NCBI GenBank assembly: GCA_002104905.1
Contig: MCFE01000003.1
Location: 124,001-188,000 of the forward strand
Direction: 5' to 3'
DNA length: 64,000 nucleotides
From: Basidiobolus meristosporus CBS 931.73
Taxonomy: Eukaryota; Fungi; Basidiobolomycota
A program made the translations under genes and the position numbers. The notes beneath the pieces are model-generated. The model had not been told where the DNA came from. It did no database searches and saw only the letters and a program-made list of their open reading frames with translations. This document shows positions 60,705-64,000 of the stretch, piece by piece (within the stretch, counting starts at the first letter, position 1; each line of letters opens with the position of its first letter).

Positions 60705-62222
60705 GTTGTTCAGGAGTGTACGAGAAGTAGTTGATTAGGTATGAGTGCTGTGTTTGTCGCTTTAGTGCTTGACGCTTTATGCTTTGTGCTTTGTGATGTC
60801 GGACTGCCCACTGTGGCCGCTTGTTTATATAGAAGGTGGGATTCTCTTGTCCTACCTTGAGCACGATTATTCAGCTAGCTTATTATTCAACCTGCTCATC
60901 ATCCGACTTTGGTCGGTTTAGGCACTCCCCAATGATGTCATCCTGAATTTGAATCAACCCATCCCCATTCGGATACGAGTCTCGATTGGCTGAAAGGGGA
61001 GCGGGATCATTTGATTGCTTGATGATTAGTTCCGCAAGGAGCCGGCTTCACTGATGATCATCCTCACGCTTCGGTCAAATTCCTCATGCGTTCCGTAGTC
61101 AAACATGAAAATAGGAACGAGCACAAACACATGAACCATCCAGAGATGGAAACCTCCCATTTTCCCGTTACTTCATTCGAATACAGGTCAAGGCACCAAT
61201 GACTAATTCTCCAGTCAGTGCCGCATGACTGTTGATGGGCTCAAGGCAGTATCAGTATTCTTGACATTCTCGCATCGTTGATACTGCCAGTGGCATTCAT
61301 GGCAGTGTCCCAACATCAGCACGGTGAATACCGAGGTGAGCTTGAGATTTTTAAGGTGGAAATGTAGGACATGTTACCGGTCGGATGGATAGAAGTCAAA
61401 AGATAAGTACGTCCCTTGAGAGAATGAGGTATCTCCGGAGTTTGGTGCGTGAGACAGTGGCTGAAACGCTACTACTATAAGTGAGGAGCATTTGGTTGCT
61501 TGGTTTGACCTAGAAGCAATGTTGGTAATCAGGATGTCGTAATGCCTATAAAAATGTGCTCATCTGAACCGAGCATCTTCTGGATCTTTCGATAAAGTAT
61601 GGTGGTTTCGAATATTACAGATCGCTGACCATCACAACCAGGGAGTATATCCTTCTATTTCAAACCTTTGTCCCTAATTCATATATTCAATATGGAAAAA
61701 AGCTACAAATCGGAAGCTTACAACCAAGATCAACGATAGTACTTAATTACTAATGTTTCGAACATACCGGTAAGGTCACTACTTGATACTTCGAATGATT
61801 TTACATACAATAGTCAATACATCTAATAAGATTTCATATGGCGAACATGTATATAGTTGCTGGTTCTGAGGATGGGACAAACATAAATTTACCTGGGATA
61901 AGCAGCATCTATTTTCACATTGAACTTTACCAGCAGTAGGAAAATTTAATGCTGCTTGGTCTCGTAAGAAACTATCACTAATTATAATGCTTGGAACTTA
62001 AATTAATTAATATTGCTAACATCATAGTAAAAAAAGTACACTTTGAGTAAATGGGATTAAACCTCCGATGCCCGTAGAGATTTCAAAATATTATTCAACT
62101 TGGCCGCAATTAGGTTAATATTCTTCACGGTATTTATATTCAAAAGCTTAATATCCAACGTATAAAATAATACATGTAAAATTGCAAATTTAACAAGAAA
62201 TATACATGATGATGGGGAATAT

Positions 62223-62702
62223 TCACCAGCCACGGCTAAAGCCTATGGACATCACAGTCAATGCAAGGCCAAACTCAATTAGTCCAAATGTCGCATCAAT
62301 GAGCCCGGCGTGCTCGAAATGAATCAGTCCATTAGCAAGCACAAGGTCAACAAACACCCACACCACCCCAAATGAGAAGTAGATCCAGGTCAGAATCATG
62401 GAGCCGTGGGTGAGTCCCAGTCCCAGCGTGCTGGCCACAAGCATCCACAGCATAGTGATGAACACATTGCGTGCCACCTTCTGGGTGTGGCTGACACTGC
62501 AGTGCAAGCCTCGGAAATGCTTGGTGAGGGATGAGCCAGTGGCTGATGTTTGGTTGTTGCCGGTCGACTCGGATCCTTGGTCAGCGAGCAATAGCAGCGC
62601 CCAGATGATCCAGAAGATGAAGAGTGCGATGAACGAGTCTCTGATGTTGCGATTGTCCCCGAGATTGATTGACTCGAGTGCTAGTGTAGTGGTTGCCTCC
62701 AT
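62223..62702 (-). CDS. Four-TM protein, short subtype (C2, 159 aa)
   Basis: Near-identical to C1 except in the last ~30 codons. Confidence 0.85.
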   Translation of the reverse strand: MEATTTLALESINLGDNRNIRDSFIALFIFWIIWALLLLADQGSESTGNNQTSATGSSLTKHFRGLHCSVSHTQKVARNVFITMLWMLVASTLGLGLTHGSMILTWIYFSFGVVWVFVDLVLANGLIHFEHAGLIDATFGLIEFGLALTVMSIGFSRGW

Positions 62703-62703
62703 G

Positions 62704-62728
62704 GTAGAGTAGAGTAGAGTAGAGTAGG
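62704..62728. repeat. (GTAGA)n pentanucleotide microsatellite directly upstream of the C2 ATG
   Basis: About 5 units here versus about 3 at the equivalent C1 position. Confidence 0.85.
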
Positions 62729-63784
62729 CAGAGCAATGTTTCAGTTGTAGTCTAGATGATAGTATGGATTGTACTATTCGATATGTTCCGAGTTACATCA
62801 TTCTACTGGCCGTTTATATACGATGACATGCTGGTACTCCGTATCCACCCGGCGTTCGAATTGATCGAAGATACCGAGTTCAAGTAGCAGTCATTTTCAC
62901 CGAGTGTATTTTGGGTAGCGGGGTGATGTTGAACCGAGTTGGCAGAATGTCAGGGTAATGACATTGCCAGATGTATTTACTCGTAGCTGACCATATCCAA
63001 TATTAGCATTGTCCGATCTGTATCGAGTGGCTTACCATGTGATGAGATTACCGATCTTCTACTCTTTCCGCATTTCCTCATTGTCTCATTGCCTTGTCAA
63101 CTTCACTGCCGGCCATAATAGCCCAGCCACAATGGGGTGGTGGCATTGCTACTCAATTCAGTTCAGGGCAAGAGCATTCGGATACGTGATCTTCACCTAT
63201 ACATGTGCACATCTTCCACGAAATAGGCAACGGTGACATCAACTACTTGCAATATCCGGTTAATCGGTCATGAGCCATTATCTCCGTATGGAAGGTGGCC
63301 ACTTTGATGGCCGATCATTTGTATCGTCACGCCAGATTCCTAACTCGGAATACCGGTCTATTTCCATCACTATCCTGTGAGGGATTTTCGAGTCCGAAAC
63401 CATTGACTAATGGTTAAATCCTGCTTCCTTGAACTCGTCTGCATTAGTAAACGACTAAGACAGACCTTCGCTTGATACTGCACTCTGCATTTCAAGAATG
63501 CTCTGATATTCTTTCGTGGTTGTAGCATCGTTGGCAGTTGCCGGTCCATGAAATTAGCCCAGCAACACTGTGTCCACCGGATTATCGTATGGCACTTGGG
63601 GAGGCTCATTTAGTATATAATGCTCATCGGGATCGAGCCAACACTCCAGGAAAATACTATACACTTTGTGTAAATCATAGAATCAACCTGATCACAGGAG
63701 CAACGCACACTATATACTCTGACTAGAGCGTCACAACAGCACACCACCACTACTTTAACCGCAGCTACCACTTCACAAGAGATC

Positions 63785-64000
63785 ATGGCATTCTGGGATA
63801 CCTTTGACCTTTGGAGCAAGGATGACTCCTACATTCGGGACTGCTACATCGCTCTGTGGACCTTTTGGATCACCTGGTCACTGCTTCTGTTGGCCAGATA
63901 TTTCTTCGACTGGAAGGATCGTCACCTCGTTGCCGCCCCAGGCACCGTGCCGGAGATGCACGAGAGAGTAGGCTCCACGGACTCCACTCATCCAGCAGTG
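63785..64000 (+). CDS. Four-TM protein, long subtype (D2, 3'-partial at window end)
   Basis: Near-identical to the 5' end of D1 (one I to T change seen); absent from the ORF track because it has no stop codon within the window. Confidence 0.8.
   Translation, partial: MAFWDTFDLWSKDDSYIRDCYIALWTFWITWSLLLLARYFFDWKDRHLVAAPGTVPEMHERVGSTDSTHPAV

Larger units (their letters stand above)
62223..64000. repeat. Second copy of the segmental direct repeat (runs off the window)
   Basis: See 57415-59200. Confidence 0.9.

Noticed and set aside
58520-61090. Shared 11-mer TTCCTCATGCG upstream of C1/D1 (58520) and B2 (61080)
   Set aside because: Not preserved at the equivalent position of the C2/D2 duplicate; too weak without a motif-enrichment test.
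53202-62712. Antisense ORFs over the membrane-protein genes (e.g. 53202-53579, 53374-53721, 56405-56737, 57590-57904, 62398-62712)
   Set aside because: They are shadows of the sense CDSs, repeated only because those are duplicated, and are not conserved between subtypes.
1-64000. CRISPR array, rRNA or prokaryotic operon structure
   Set aside because: No regularly spaced short repeats with unique spacers and no rRNA-like sequence; the genes have spliceosomal introns.

Overview
Eukaryotic DNA, inferred to be from an early-diverging fungus (fungal GH17 and an Rxt2-like gene together with Abitram, an FBXL2/20-type CaaX F-box protein and a cAMP-receptor-like GPCR; short GT-AG introns, mostly 53-79 bp). 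There are two sharply separated compartments. (1) 1 to ~40,200 is an AT-rich, strongly CpG-depleted block made almost entirely of decayed, nested transposons: two Ty1/copia families, Ty3/gypsy copies, two further LTR-like families, a bounded PIF/Harbinger element and three copies of a CACTA/EnSpm-like element. Several target-site duplications (TSDs) survive, so the insertion order can be reconstructed. That reconstruction gives a four-layer nest and shows that the EnSpm-like transposase is linked head-to-head to an uncharacterised companion gene. (2) ~40,200-64,000 is CpG-normal and gene-dense: GH17 glucanase, GPCR, a possible small spliced gene, Rxt2-like, Abitram, a 2-Cys peroxiredoxin with an NLS-like tail, an F-box/LRR gene and UTP21 (the last two each carry an apparent 1-bp frameshift). 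From 53.2 kb to the window end lies an array of at least 8 paralogous, intronless, small four-TM membrane proteins that I cannot assign to a family. They fall into two subtypes, are repeatedly arranged as divergent short/long pairs, and show signs of ongoing homogenisation. This array is the best candidate for an undescribed system. All alignments were done by eye; no database searches were run.
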